The notes: generated by a model from the sequence alone, not told the origin. A DNA stretch of 64,000 nt from Phyllobates terribilis (GCF_046119375.1 NW_027362767.1:333064001-333128000), one strand, 5' to 3'; shown: positions 1 through 12,167, counted from the first letter of the stretch. Program-made: numbers and translations.

Positions 1-422
1 TTAGTTATACTCAATGATTAAGGACAGTTATATGCCCAAAACGCGTCGGTTTTTGCTTAGATGCAATATTTTTAATGTATCTGAAACCTTTTAAGGTGTG
101 CTAATAAATTGATAAAGTTTTATATTCAAATGGCTGGATAACTTAATTTACTTTGTATGCATCTATAGCAAAGCGGAGACTTTTACTTTCCGCGCCGAGT
201 ATATTCACAGCCAATCTACAGGAACTGGTTAACGTTGTGCTCAACACCTTCATGAAATCGGACTACGCAACTAATTTCACACTGTTTCACACCAGAGGTC
301 ATTTTTAACAGTGTTGCGTTTTTATCTTGTGAAGAAAAAAACCTGATCTGTTGTAAAACTGATGCAAACAAATGCATTATAAAATAAGTATGTCAGGGTT
401 TTTTTTTTAATCACATACATTG

Positions 423-1326
423 TGTTAGGAGGGAGGTTGCAAACAACTTTATTGTAATGGAACGCAACCGACCCCGGGGTCCGAGATGCAGCCTGGTGGA
501 CTGCTGCCGAACACTTTCCGGGTGAAAAGGAAAGCAACCAACTTAAATGATAAACCCTTCCGTGTTACTGCACACTGGAACAGGTATAGCAATTCGCACT
601 ATCTCCGTTAGCAGCACGAGAGATATGCGATGAAAAACTATCTGTAGTCCTGTTACAGCACAGGGACTACACTGGCGGCGCTAGGATGAGTGTGTGACTA
701 CACCGACCGGTACACGTGCCTCCAGCTGGCGTGCTACCAGACTGAAGGGTACTACTCCACGTGGCTGACAGGCGATAGCCGTGGATAGGACGTCTGCAGG
801 CTGCTCAGGGTGTTAGGGGACCCCTTTGGCAGAGCCAGACTGCTAGACGAAGATACCTGCCTATTTCCACTAGCCTGCCTATTTCCACTACACCTGCCTA
901 TGGAAACTAAGTGGAACACAGTCGTCCACACAACAGCATCACTTGCTCAATGATCAGAGCGCGCCGCCATGTTTGTGGGTGGGCCTTTTAAAGACTAAGC
1001 CCTGCCCACCGTCGCACCATTGGTGAAGCCACCCGTGGACCAATCAGGCGGTGCCAGGTCACCGGGTCAGGTGGTTGCCAAACCACCAATCATGGTCCGC
1101 CAGGTCACGGGCATGCTCAGTGCGGCGAATCCTGGACTTAGACTCCAAGAGCCCTGTCTCCCTCTGCAACCTATGCTTAACATTGCTAGGCACAAATACC
1201 CAGGAGACAATCTGTACATCTCGTGGACCAGGTAGGCGTTGAGGCTGACGATGATGCTGAGCAGCATCAGCCCTGGCTGGACCGGAATGGGAGACCACAA
1301 ATCCAGCAACAGCCCGACGCCTAACA
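423..1326 (-). repeat. 3' LTR of the degenerate chromovirus
   Basis: 904-bp direct repeat of 3530-4464 with several substitutions and indels; PPT adjacent. Confidence 0.92.
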
Positions 1327-1401
1327 TTATCTCCCCTTCTAACATCCCCCTCCACTTGATGCTCATTTTCCTCAACGAGCAGGGGAGCATGAATGCGGTT
1401 C

Positions 1402-2214
1402 TCAGGGAAGATCCTCAGATCCGTGACCACTCCGGTGTACAGGGTACCCTTTTTTTCCACAAACCATCTTAGACCCCATAATAGCCTGCAGCTCGAGATT
1501 ATCACCTCTGATGTCTGTAGCAGGCTGGGGTTCAGCGAGTTTTGATAGGTGAACGGGTCTAAGGAGCGACAAATGGAAAGTGTCGTGACCCCACAGGTGT
1601 CGTGGTAACTGTAACCGGTACATTACAGGGTTTACCTGGGCCAAAATTTTGAACGGACCAATAAAGCGAGGAGCAAACTTGGCAAATCTCCCGCATAATT
1701 TAGTATTGCGAGCCAAGAGCCACACTCTGTCGCCCAGATAGAATACGGGGGCAGGACGACGAGAAGTGTCAACCGACTCTCTATCTGTGGAGTCCATCCT
1801 GGGTGACGGATGTAGAAGACCAGCCGGACTTTGACGGAATGATTTATCTTTCGCACAGAAGGCACACGTGAGAACAAATTCCTTGACGTCCTGGCGCCAC
1901 CGGGGCCACCAATAGGACAGTTGAAGGGACTTAGTGGTACGTTTGACCCCCAGATGAGCTCCGTTCTTAGGGGCATGAGCCCAGGAGAGCACCACATTTT
2001 GAAAATTAGGGGAAACAAACGTCCTCCCCGACGGAACCTGGTTAGAGGACACTGCAGCCAGCCTCTCTACCTGAGAGTTCTTTTTGACATAGTCTGACAA
2101 GACCCGAGTCCTGGGGACAGACAAAGAATCTGTACCGGAAGCCACAATGGTAGAGGAATCAGAGACTACCCTCCGGGTGACTGTGACCATACACTGAGAC
2201 ATACAATTCTCACT
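1402..2214 (-). pseudogene. pol remnant: integrase zinc-binding region, GPY/F motif and decayed chromodomain; RT, RNase H and IN catalytic core deleted
   Basis: Translation contains HAPKNGAHLG...YWWPRWRQDVKEFVLTCAFC, then jumps to GDRVWL...PRFIGPF...TFHLSLLRP and ELQAIMGSK...GSED. No YxDD or D,D35E motif is present. Confidence 0.88.
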
Positions 2215-3501
2215 CTAGCAAGAAATTCTCCCCGTATTCCAGTCAATGTGTGGAGTGTGACAACGTAACCAGGGGAGACCCAATAACACCTTGTCTAATC
2301 CACCGGGAATAATAAGAAAGGAGATGACCTCCCGGTGGCCCTGAGGAAATGACATGGTGAGGGGAGTCGACTGGTGGGTGATTTGCGTGTCCAGGAGTGA
2401 ACCATTGACTGCTCTAATGTTCATTGGTCTTGGCAGTAACTCTATAGGGATGGCGTGCCTCTGGGCAAACGTAGATGACAAAAAATTGCCATCAGCACCG
2501 GAGTCCACCCACACCTTGGCAGTAACTGCAGATGTACCAAAGGACAATGTCACCTTATAAAATAATTTGTAGGAAGAAGACCCAGAATCTAACACACCTC
2601 CTCCAACGGTGGTAAGACCTACTCTTTCTCCCGACTGCTTGGAGCCCTTATTTACGGGGTACTCCAAGAGATGTGCAGGTCGGGAACGAGAGGGACTAGA
2701 CTCAGTCCGAGATATATCCATAGCCTCAGGCTCCGGGTCGGGAGACGCGGTTTTGGAAACGGGTCTAGAGAAGGACGGTGCCAACCGATACTGAGGTCTG
2801 GGAACCTCCAATTCTAATTTGTGTTCTGCATGTCGCAAATCAATTCGGTTAGAAAGAGAGATTAACTCCTCCAGGGAGGTTGGAATCTCTCTGGTAGATA
2901 GAGCATTTTTAATATGCCCAGCCAGACCCTTCCAGAACACCGGGATAAGCGACCGCTCAGACCAATCCAGTTCAGCCGCTAGGGTTCTAAACTGGATGGC
3001 ATAGTGGCTGGTGGTGGCCGAACCCTGGATCAACGCAAGAAGCTTAAAAGCCGTATCATGCGTGACCTGAGGACCTAGGAATATACTTTTTAGGGTCTTA
3101 AGGAAAAGACCCGCATTTGCTACAACCGGATCATTCCGCTCCCATAGAGGAGTAGCCCACTCCAGAGCCCTGTGGGAGAGTAATGAGATGACATAACCTA
3201 CTTTGGCTCTTTCGGAGGGGAACCGTGCCTCCATCATCTCCAACTGAATGGAGCATAAATTAATAAAACCCCTGCAGGATTTACTGTCTCCAGAAAATTT
3301 TTCAGGGAGAGCAAAATGGGGTAATGGGGCAGTTGCAGCTGTCGCAGCATTCACCGCAGCCGAGTTAACCAGATTGGCGGCTTGAGAAGCAGCCTGGGTA
3401 GCTACTGCAGTGATAAGAGCTACCGGGTCAGCTTGTTCCAGAGTCCTAAGTCTGGTCTCAAGCTGCTGGATATAGCGCTGCAGTTGCTAGTTGTCAGCCA
3501 T
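2215..3501 (-). pseudogene. gag-protease pseudogene (sushi/RTL1-PEG10-like capsid; aspartic protease VDSGA)
   Basis: ATG at 3501 (MADN*QLQRY) has an in-frame TAG at codon 5 and continues in frame into ORF 2215-3354 (PEKFSGD..CRGF..AKVGYVISLL..ALEW; VDSGADGNF). No CCHC knuckle remains. Confidence 0.88.
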
Positions 3502-3529
3502 GTTCGGCAAGACCCTGGCGATCTGATAC

Positions 3530-4464
3530 TGCTAGGAGGGTGGTTGCAAACAACTTTATTATAATGGAACGCAACCGACCCCGGGGTCCACGATGCAGCC
3601 TGGTGGACTGCTGCCGAACACTTTCCGGGTGAAAAGGAAAGCAACCAACTTAAATGATAAACCCTTCCGTGTTATTGCACACTGGAATGGGTATAGCAAT
3701 TTGCACTATCTCCGTTAGCAGCACGAGAGATATGCGATGAAAAACTATCTGTAGTCCTGTTACAGCACAGGGACTACACTGGCGGCGCTAGGATGCGTGT
3801 GTGACTACGCCGACGGGTACACGTGCCTCCAGCCGACGTGCTACCGGACTGAAGGGTACTACTCCACGTGGCTGACAGGCGATAGCCGTGGATAGGACGT
3901 CTGCAGGCTGCTCGGGGTGTTAGGGGACCCCTTTGGCAGAGCCAGACTGCTAGACGAAGATACCTGCCTATTTCCACTAGCCTGCCTATTTCCACTACAC
4001 CTGCCTATGGAAACTAAGTGGAACACAGTCGTCCACACAACAGCATCACTTGCTCAATGATCAGAGTGCGCCGCCATGTTTGTGGGCGGGCCTTTTAAAG
4101 ACTAAGCCCACCGTTGCACCATTGGTGACGCCACCCGTGGACCAATCAGGTGGTGCCAGGTCACCGGGTCAGGTGGGTGCCAAACCACCAATCACGGTCC
4201 GCCAGGTCACGGGCATGCTCAGTGCGGCGAATCCTGGACTTAGACTGTCTCCCTCCGCAACCTATGCTTAACATTGCTAGGCACAAATACCCGGGAGGCA
4301 CAAATACACAGGAGACAATCTGTGCATCTCGTGGACCAGGTGGACCAGGTAGGCGTTGAGGCTGGCGAAGATGCTGAGCAGCATCAGCCCCAGCTGGACC
4401 GGAATGAAAGACTACAGAAGGTTCTGGACCCATTTCGAATCCAGCAATAGCCCGACGCCTAACA
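3530..4464 (-). repeat. 5' LTR of the degenerate chromovirus
   Basis: 935-bp repeat of 423-1326, located upstream of gag on the minus strand. Confidence 0.92.
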
Positions 4465-4989
4465 CGTTGCATCCATTTTTTTTAAACAACATGGAGGGAT
4501 GTCAGTTGATCAGATAACTTGTTTTCTGAAGGAAATACAAGTTTAAAAAGCACATTTAGAAATATGAGGAAATGCATACTGTAGGTCATTTTCCCAATTT
4601 TTCTCATTGCAGGTCATCTTACAGTATCTCTTCATTACCGTGTTTCACTAAAAATAATACAGGGTATTATGTTATCTTTTGTTCTCAAAGATGGGTTAAG
4701 GCTTATTTTCAGGGGATGTCTTATTTTTTTTTTCTTTGAACAACAATTCACATTTATTCTTGAACAAAAAAATCAAGATTTATTCAAATCTAATCATGTT
4801 ACCACACACACACTGCACATACACATATATATACACACAAACACGCACACATGAATATACAGTGGGTACGGAAAGTATTCAGACCCCTTTAAATTTTTCA
4901 CTCTTTGTTTCATTGCAGCCATTTGGTAAATTCTGAAAAGTTCATTTTTTTTTCTCATTAAGGTAGACTCTACCCCATCTTGACTGAAA

Positions 4990-5366
4990 GGGTCCGTGCC
5001 CACGATGCGTTTTTCAAGCGTTTATGCTGCGGAATTTTTGCAGCGTAAACGCTTGGGGAATGCTTGGTAATCCTTCCCCTATGGTCCCCAATGAAATTCC
5101 ACACTTTCAATGCCCATGCTGTGGAATTTTCCGCAGCGTTTTTGATGTGCGGAAAAATCTGCAGCATGTCCATTATTTGTGCATTTACGCTTGCGGAATT
5201 GCCATTTACAATGCATTAGAAAACGCAAGGCAATTCCGCATGTGCAAAACGCTTGAAAAACACGCGAAAAACGCGTGTCAAATTCCGCACGCGTTTTTGC
5301 GGGCAAGGAGATGCTGAAATGAAGCGGAAATTTTCTGCTTCATTTCTGCATCGTGGGCACATAGCC
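4990..5366. mobile_element. MITE (Tourist/PIF-Harbinger-like) inserted into the left TIR of the Tc1 element
   Basis: TIRs GGGTCCGTGCCCACGATGC / GCATCGTGGGCACATAGCC. It interrupts the CTTGACTGAAA|AAAAAACAGAAATGTAG segment that is continuous in the right TIR. Confidence 0.8.
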
Positions 5367-5636
5367 AAAAAAACAGAAATGTAGAATTTTTTGAAAATTC
5401 ATTAAAAAAGAAAAACTGAAATATCACATGGTCATAAGTATTCAGACCCTTTGCTCAGACACTCATATTTAAGTCACATGCTGTCCATTTCCTTGTGATC
5501 CTCCTTGAGATGGTTTTAGTCCTTCATTGGAGTCCAGCTGTGTTTAATTAAACTGATAGGACTTGATTTGGAAAGGCACACACCTGTCTATATAAGACCT
5601 CACAGCTCACAGTTCATGTCAGACCAAATGAGAATC

Positions 5637-6654
5637 ATGAGCGCAAAGGAACTGCCCAAGGAGCTCAGAGACAATTGTGGCAAGGGACAGATCTGGCCAA
5701 GGATACAAAACAATTTCTGCATTACTCAAGATTCCTAAGAGCACAGTGGCCTCCATAAACCTTAAATGGAAGAAGTATGGGACCACCATAAGTCTTCCTA
5801 GGCCTGGCCGTACAGCCAAACTGAGCAATCGTGGGAGAAGAGCTTTGGTAAGAGAGGTAAAGAAGAACCCCAAAATAACTGTGGCTGAGCTCCAGAGATG
5901 CAGTAGGGAGATGGGAGAAAGTTTCACAAAGTCAACTATCACTGCAGCCCTCCACCAGTCAGACCTTTATGGCAGAGTGGCCCGACGGAAGCCTCTCCTC
6001 AGTGCAAGACATATGAAAGCCGGCATACAGTTTGCTCAAAAACACATGAAGGACTCCCAGATTATGAGAAATAAGATTCTCTTGTCTGATGAGACGAAGA
6101 TAGAACTTTATCGTGATAATTCTAAGCAGTATGTGTGGAGAAAAATAGGCACTGCTCATCACCTGCCCAATACAATCCCAAAAGTGAAACATGGTGGTGG
6201 CAGCATCATGCTATGGGGGTGTTTTTCTGCTGCAGGGACAAGACGACTGGTTGCAATTGAAGGAAACATGAATGCGGCCAAGTACAGAGAAATCCTGGAT
6301 GAAAACCTCTTCCAGAGTGCTCTGGACCTCAGACTTGGCCGAAGGTTCACCTCCCAACAAGACAATGACCCTAAGCACACAGCTAAAATAATAAAGGAGT
6401 GGCTTCAGAACAACTCTGTGACCATTCCTGACTGGGCCAGCCAGAGCCCTGACCTAATCCTAATTGAGCATCTCAGGAGAGACCTGAAAATGGCTGTCCA
6501 CCAATGTTCACCATCCAACCTGACGGAACTGGAGAGGATCTGCAAGGAAGAATGGCAGAGGATCCCCAAATTCTGGTGTGAAAAACTTGTTGCATTATTC
6601 CCAAGAAGACTCATGGCCGTACTAGCTCAAAAGGGGGCTTCTACTCATTACTGA
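5637..6654 (+). pseudogene. Tc1 transposase (DD34E) with a frameshift near the N-terminus
   Basis: ATG 5637 (MSAKELPKELRD) is out of frame with ORF 5677-6654. Motifs GRPAKL-like, [25 protein letters not shown]; SPDLILIE replaces SPDLNPIE. Confidence 0.9.
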
Positions 6655-6883
6655 GCAAAGGGTCTGAATACTTATGACCATGTGATATTTCAGTTTTTCT
6701 TTTTTAATGAATTTGCAAAAATTTCTACATTTGTTTTTTTTTCAGTCAAGATGGGGTGGAGAGTGTACTTTAATGAGAAAAAAAATTAACTTTTTAGAAT
6801 TTACCAAATGGCTGCAATGAAACAAAGAGTAAAAAATTTAAAGTGGTCTGAATACTTTCCGTACCCCCTATACACATGTATAT

Positions 6884-7979
6884 TGTAACGGGTCTGGGAG
6901 GCGGAACCTCTGAGCTACTATACAAGGGGGCGGTCCTTGTAAGGGAGCGGGTGGCGACCAGGGTAGACGGGCAGGCAGTCACAGCAGGTGACTGGGACAG
7001 TCTCTGAATGAACGGGCAGGAGGTCACGGCAAGTGACCGGGGCAGTCTCTGGATGAACGGGCAGGAGGTCACGGCAAGTGACCGGGGCAGTCTCTGGATG
7101 AACGGGCAGGAGGTCACGGCAAGTGACCGGGGCAGTCTCTGGATGAGCGGGCAGGAGGTCACGGCAAGTGACCGGGGCAGTCTCTGGGTAAAGGATTGGT
7201 ACGACCTGTGGCGGCAGATGATAGACGTGAGCTCCCAGGTGAGCAGGCGAGAGTCTCTGGATAATTGGGTGGTCACAGCATGTGACGGCGGAGCCTCCAG
7301 GAAGATCAACAGACAGGTAGCAGATGAGCGCTCCCAGGTGAGCGGGCAAGAGTCTCTGGAATAGCAGGTGGTCACAGCACGTGACGGCGGAGCCTCCAGG
7401 TAGGCAAGCAGGCAGGTAGCGGAGGAGCGCTCCCAGGTGAGCGGGCAGGAGTCTCTGGAATAGCAGGTGGTCACAGCACGTGACGGCGGAGCCTCCAGGA
7501 AGGCTAGCAGGCAGGTAGCAGATGTGCGCTCCCAGGTGAGCGGCCAAGCTGGTCCATAGACAGACTGACAGGAGTAGGAAGGCAGACCGTCGGACCTCAG
7601 GCTAGCAAGCAGGTAGCAGGAATATCAGGCAGGAAACAGACAGCAAACTGGCAGGACTCTGGCAGGAATCAGGCAGGTAACTGGCAACGGGACCTGAGGG
7701 CTGAAGCAGAGTAGTGAACAGTGCAACAACATTGCTCGGGCACCTCCATTTTGGAGGAGGTGCCTTATATATGGTGAAGTCCTCCGGCCATTGGCCGGGG
7801 ACTCCTTAGGACGGCGCGCGCGGCCCCTTTAAGAAGGAGGGAGCGCGCGCGCCCTAAGCACAGTGGCCGGGAAGGAGCGCGCGCTGCCAGCAGAGCGGGA
7901 GGAGGACGCCGGGCTCGGAGCAGAGAGGTGAGGGGAACAGCGTCCCTGACTAGCAGAGGGCAGGGACGCCGACGCTACA
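6884..7979 (-). repeat. 3' LTR (1,096 bp) containing 45-bp x4 and 99-bp x3 tandem arrays
   Basis: Direct repeat of 12180-13277. 45-bp unit starts at 7008, 7053 and onward; 99-bp unit has GGTCACAGCA at 7271, 7370 and 7469. Confidence 0.95.
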
Positions 7980-10900
7980 GTACCCCCCCCCTTTAGGCCC
8001 CCCCTTTTTTAGGCCAGACAGAAATTTAGCAAGGATGAGAGGGGCATGGATGTTCTCCCGGGGCTCCCACGTTCTCTCTTCAGGACCAAACCCCTTCCAA
8101 TCTACTAGAAAAAAGGTCTTCCCTCTTACCCTTTTGGTGGCCAGAATGTTCTCTACCTCAAATTCGTTTTCAGCGGAAACCGGAGGAGGCGTGCCTGTAG
8201 ACTTGGAAAAAGAGTTAAGTACCACAGGTTTGAGGAGAGATACATGGAAGGAGTTAGGGTTCCGCAAGTTGGCCGGGAGTTTCAATTTATAGGCCACCGG
8301 GTTGATCTGACTGATGACCTCCAGAGGACCGATGAACCGAGGCCCTAACTTATAGGAAGGAATCTTGAGCCGGACATACTTGGACGAGAGCCAGACCTTA
8401 TCCCCTGGACGGAATTGAGGAGGATCCAGACGTTTTTTGTCAGCATGTCTTTTCATACGCTCGGATGACAGAAGGAGTGCGGACCGGGTACTCTCCCATG
8501 TGGAGGAAAATTTGTTAACAAGAGATTCCGCAGCCGGATTGTCCACCGAGGTGGAGACGGGAAACGGGATCCGAGGATGCTGACCGAAGACTACAAAAAA
8601 CGGGGATTTGGAGGAAGATTCGCTCTCGTGATTGTTGTACGAGAATTCGGCCCATGGCAGGAGATCCACCCAGTCAGAATGGTGAACATTAACGAAGTAC
8701 CGGAGGTAACAGGTCAGGATCTGATTGATCCGCTCCACTTGACCATTAGACTGTGGGTGGTAAGCGGAGGAGAAGTCCAGGGTGACGTCTAGCAATTTAT
8801 AAGTGGCTCTCCAGAAACGAGAAGTGAACTGTACCCCACGATCCGACACGATGTGACGGGGCAGGCCATGAAGACGGAAGATGTGGCGGATAAAGTCTTT
8901 AGCCAGCTTGGGTGCAGACGGGAGGCCTGGCAGGGGAATGAAGTGAGCCATCTTGGAAAAGCGGTCAGCGACCACCCAAATGACCGTACAACCGACAGAG
9001 ACGGGAAGATCAGTTATGAAGTCCATCGCTATATGCTGCCAGGGGGCAGCAGGTACTGGCAGAGGAAGAAGGCGACCGGCTGGCAGGTGTCTCGGAACTT
9101 TGTTGCGGGCACAGGACACACAGGCAGAAACAAAGTCTATTACATCCTTGTGCAGGTTAGGCCACCAGTAGTGCCGGGAAATAAGCTGGAGGGTCTTTTT
9201 CTGACCGGCGTGGCCAGCTAGTTTAGACGAATGACCCCAGTGTAGGATCTTCTCCCGATCAGGTACCGATACGAACGTCTTACCGGGAGGGAGACGATTT
9301 AGACTCACGGGAGCCACCTGCATTACTCTGGCGGGATCGATGATATGTTTAGGTTCTTCCTCAAGATCAGATACCAGAAAGGATCGGGACAAGGCGTCTG
9401 CTTTGATGTTCTTGTCAGCCGGGCGAAAATGTAGATCAAAATCAAAGCGAGCAAAAAACAAGGACCACCGGGCTTGGCGCGGATTAAGTCTCTGGGCATG
9501 CTGGAGATAAGCCAAGTTCTTGTGGTCAGTGTAAATTATTACCGGATGAAGAGCCCCCTCGAGTAGGTAACGCCACTCCTCCAATGCCAGCTTGATGGCC
9601 AATAACTCTCGGTCTCCTATGGAATAATTGCGCTCAGAAGAGGAGAAGAGTTTGGAGAAGAAGCCGCAAGTTACCATCCTCCCGGAAGATGATTTTTGAG
9701 TAAGTACAGCTCCGGCTCCAGAGGAGGAGGCGTCAACCTCCAGAAAGAACTGCTTGTTGCCGTCCGGACGATGCAGCACTGGGGCGGAAGAGAAGGCCTG
9801 TTTTAAGGAAAGAAAGGCCTCCTCTGCTTCGGGCGGCCACTCTTTGGGATTAGTACCCTTACGGGTGAGCGCGGAAATTGGGGCAGTCCGGGAAGAGAAG
9901 TGCGGTATGAAGAGGCGGTAGTAGTTGGCGAAGCCCAGGAACCGCTGAATGGCCTTCAACCCCTCCGGTCGGGGCCATTTCTCGATGGCAGACAGTTTCT
10001 CTGGATCCATTCGTAGGCCAGTCTGAGAAATAATGTAGCCCAAAAACGGAAGCGAGGTCTGCTCAAAGAGGCACTTCTCATATTTAGCGAAGAGGTGGTT
10101 CTGCCTGAGCCTGAGCAGGACCTGACGAACGTCCCTCTGGTGAGTCTGGAGATCCGGAGAGAAGACCAAGATGTCGTCCAGGTACACCACAACGCAGGAG
10201 TAGAGAAGGTCCCGGAAGATGTCATTGACCAACTCTTGAAAGACGGCAGGAGCGTTACAGAGACCAAAGGGCATTACCAGATATTCATAGTGGCCGTCCC
10301 GGGTGTTGAATGCAGTCTTCCATTCATCCCCTTGACGGATACGGACCAGGTTGTACGCCCCACGGAGGTCCAGTTTGGTGAAGACTCTAGCCCCCCTCAG
10401 GCGATCAAATAATTCTGGAATGAGCGGAAGGGGGTACTTATTCTTCACCATGATCTGGTTAAGGCCTCTATAGTCTATACAGGGACGGAGAGAGCCGTCC
10501 TTCTTTTTTACGAAGAAGAAGCCTGCTCCCGCCGGGGAGGTAGATTTCCGGATGAATCCCCTGGCCAAATTCTCCTCAATATATTCGGACATCGACCGGG
10601 TCTCAGCAGCGGACAATGGGTAAATACGCCCACGGGGAGGAGTAGTACCGGGTAACAGGTCGATAGGACAGTCGTATGGTCTATGAGGGGGTAATGTCTC
10701 TGCCTCCTTTTTATTAAAGACATCAGCAAATGACCAATAGGGAATCGGAAGTCCAGGTAGATTAGTTGGGGTAGGAGAAGGACGGACGGGATGAACAGGA
10801 ACCAAACAAGTCTTATGACAGTCCTGTCCCCAGCGAAGGACTTCTCCGGTCTGCCAGTCAAGCACGGGTGCATGTCTCTGGAGCCAAGGTAGACCTAGTA

Positions 10901-11246
10901 AGAGGGCGTGAGAGAGTCCAGGCAGAACATGAAAAGAGATGCTCTCAGAATGCAGCATTCCCACCTGCAGAGTTACGGATTCGGTGATGAGTTGGATGGG
11001 ACGTGGTAAGAGGCCCCCATCCACAGCAGCGACAGATAATGGTACAGCCAGAGGTTTGGTGGGAATGCGGTATTTCTCTACCAGGGACTGTGAGATAAGA
11101 TTCCCGGCCGCTCCAGAGTCAAGTTGGGCTAGTTCGAAATAACGATTCTCCCCGCAGATAATAGAGACTGACAGTAGCAGAGATGGAGAGGATTTATTCT
11201 TGTCTAGGTTGACCTCTCTGAGCGAACCTAGACACAGGCGTTTCCC
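7950..11246 (-). CDS. pol: Pol polyprotein: protease, reverse transcriptase, RNase H, integrase, chromodomain
   Basis: Frame is open from the GGGAAAC site to the stop at 7950. Motifs LDSGA (PR); KLDLRGAY, VVYLDDILV (RT); VDASS, RELLAIK, YTDHKNL (RH); H-x6-H...C-x2-C, AMDF, VSDRG, NGQVER (IN); PRFIGP (GPY/F); FEVENIL...FLVDWKGFGPEERTWEP (chromodomain). Confidence 0.96.
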   Translation of the reverse strand, partial: GKRLCLGSLREVNLDKNKSSPSLLLSVSIICGENRYFELAQLDSGAAGNLISQSLVEKYRIPTKPLAVPLSVAAVDGGLLPRPIQLITESVTLQVGMLHSESISFHVLPGLSHALLLGLPWLQRHAPVLDWQTGEVLRWGQDCHKTCLVPVHPVRPSPTPTNLPGLPIPYWSFADVFNKKEAETLPPHRPYDCPIDLLPGTTPPRGRIYPLSAAETRSMSEYIEENLARGFIRKSTSPAGAGFFFVKKKDGSLRPCIDYRGLNQIMVKNKYPLPLIPELFDRLRGARVFTKLDLRGAYNLVRIRQGDEWKTAFNTRDGHYEYLVMPFGLCNAPAVFQELVNDIFRDLLYSCVVVYLDDILVFSPDLQTHQRDVRQVLLRLRQNHLFAKYEKCLFEQTSLPFLGYIISQTGLRMDPEKLSAIEKWPRPEGLKAIQRFLGFANYYRLFIPHFSSRTAPISALTRKGTNPKEWPPEAEEAFLSLKQAFSSAPVLHRPDGNKQFFLEVDASSSGAGAVLTQKSSSGRMVTCGFFSKLFSSSERNYSIGDRELLAIKLALEEWRYLLEGALHPVIIYTDHKNLAYLQHAQRLNPRQARWSLFFARFDFDLHFRPADKNIKADALSRSFLVSDLEEEPKHIIDPARVMQVAPVSLNRLPPGKTFVSVPDREKILHWGHSSKLAGHAGQKKTLQLISRHYWWPNLHKDVIDFVSACVSCARNKVPRHLPAGRLLPLPVPAAPWQHIAMDFITDLPVSVGCTVIWVVADRFSKMAHFIPLPGLPSAPKLAKDFIRHIFRLHGLPRHIVSDRGVQFTSRFWRATYKLLDVTLDFSSAYHPQSNGQVERINQILTCYLRYFVNVHHSDWVDLLPWAEFSYNNHESESSSKSPFFVVFGQHPRIPFPVSTSVDNPAAESLVNKFSSTWESTRSALLLSSERMKRHADKKRLDPPQFRPGDKVWLSSKYVRLKIPSYKLGPRFIGPLEVISQINPVAYKLKLPANLRNPNSFHVSLLKPVVLNSFSKSTGTPPPVSAENEFEVENILATKRVRGKTFFLVDWKGFGPEERTWEPRENIHAPLILAKFLSGLKKGGPKGGGYCSVGVPALC

Positions 11247-12166
11247 GACCTCTCCGGGCAGGTACGGATCCGGTGCTCCTTACTGCCACAGTAGAAGCAG
11301 CTCCCTTCGGCACGGCGTAAGTCCTGACGGGTTTTGACCATCTTGGTCTGGTCGACCTGCATAGGCTCAGGAGAGTGTACCTGGGGAGAGACGGATTTCT
11401 GAAAAGTAGGAGCTAGACGTGGAAACCTCCTCTCACGGGTGACCTCTTTGGCACGCTCCTGGAACCGTAGGTCAATCCGGGTGGCAAGAGTTATTAGGTC
11501 ATCGAGAGTGGTAGGAATGTCCCGACCGGCAAGTTCATCTTTAATACGGCCGGACAGACCCTCCCAGGAGACGGATACCAGAGCGTCGTTATCCCAGGCC
11601 AGCTCCGAGGCAAGGGTACGGAACCGTATGGCATATTGGCCCACGGTGAGACTTCCCTGACGGAGGCGTAGCAGAGATGATGCGGATGAGGTCTTCCGTC
11701 TGGGTTCGTCGAAGATTTTCCGGAAAGCCATGAGAAAGGCAGGCAAGTCGGACACCAGGGGGTCTCCTCTCTCCCATAGAGGATTTAGCCAGGCCAGGGC
11801 CTCCCCGGTGAGATGGGACATGATGAAGGCAATTTTGGCCCGGTCGGAGTTAAACTGGTGGGACAGGAGTTCAAAGTGCAGGGTGCACTGATTTATGAAG
11901 CCCCGAGCCTGGGCGGAGTCGCCTCCGAAGCGAGGAGGTGCAGAAAGCCGGGGTCCGGGGTAGGATACCATGGTATTGGTGGGCAGCGGAGCTGCCGGGT
12001 TGCGAGTCATGGCACTGGCGGTGGTTGCTGGTGGAGCAGTCAGAGTGTCCAGGCGAGAATTGACATTCCGCAGGTGACCCAGGATGGACTCCTGTTGGGA
12101 CCTCTGATGGGACAGTTCATGACAGAGGTCCGAGAGCGAGGGAGCTTGGGTGCCACCGGGTTCCAT
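11228..12166 (-). CDS. gag: Gag (capsid plus CCHC nucleocapsid)
   Basis: ATG at 12166 (MEPGGTQ). Motifs PPRFGGD..ARGFINQC..AKIAFIMSHLTGEALAW and zinc knuckle CFYCGSKEHRIRTC; TAG at 11228. Confidence 0.95.
   Translation of the reverse strand: MEPGGTQAPSLSDLCHELSHQRSQQESILGHLRNVNSRLDTLTAPPATTASAMTRNPAAPLPTNTMVSYPGPRLSAPPRFGGDSAQARGFINQCTLHFELLSHQFNSDRAKIAFIMSHLTGEALAWLNPLWERGDPLVSDLPAFLMAFRKIFDEPRRKTSSASSLLRLRQGSLTVGQYAIRFRTLASELAWDNDALVSVSWEGLSGRIKDELAGRDIPTTLDDLITLATRIDLRFQERAKEVTRERRFPRLAPTFQKSVSPQVHSPEPMQVDQTKMVKTRQDLRRAEGSCFYCGSKEHRIRTCPERSGNACV
11240..11246 (-). promoter_or_regulatory. -1 ribosomal frameshift slippery heptamer G GGA AAC at the gag/pol junction
   Basis: gag reads TCG GGA AAC (SGN) while pol reads GGG AAA CGC (GKR), i.e. 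the -1 frame. The heptamer fits X XXY YYZ. Confidence 0.85.
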
Positions 12167-12167
12167 G

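Larger units (their letters stand above)
423..4464 (-). mobile_element. Degenerate, internally deleted Ty3/Gypsy chromovirus (Tf1/sushi group) LTR retrotransposon
   Basis: Two LTRs (423-1326, 3530-4464) bounded by TG(T/C)TAGG...CCTAACA. 5-bp TSD CATTG (418-422) / CGTTG (4465-4469). PPT AGAAGGGGAGATAA on the minus strand at 1327-1340. Gag, protease, integrase-end and chromodomain remnants lie between the LTRs. Confidence 0.93.
4860..6870 (+). mobile_element. Tc1-family DNA transposon with long IR/DR-type TIRs (decayed)
   Basis: TA|CAGTGGGTACGGAAAGTATTCAGACC at the left end and GGTCTGAATACTTTCCGTACCCCCTA|TA at the right end. Inner DRs ATAAGTATTCAGACCC / GGGTCTGAATACTTAT. Transposase lies between the TIRs. 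Confidence 0.93.
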
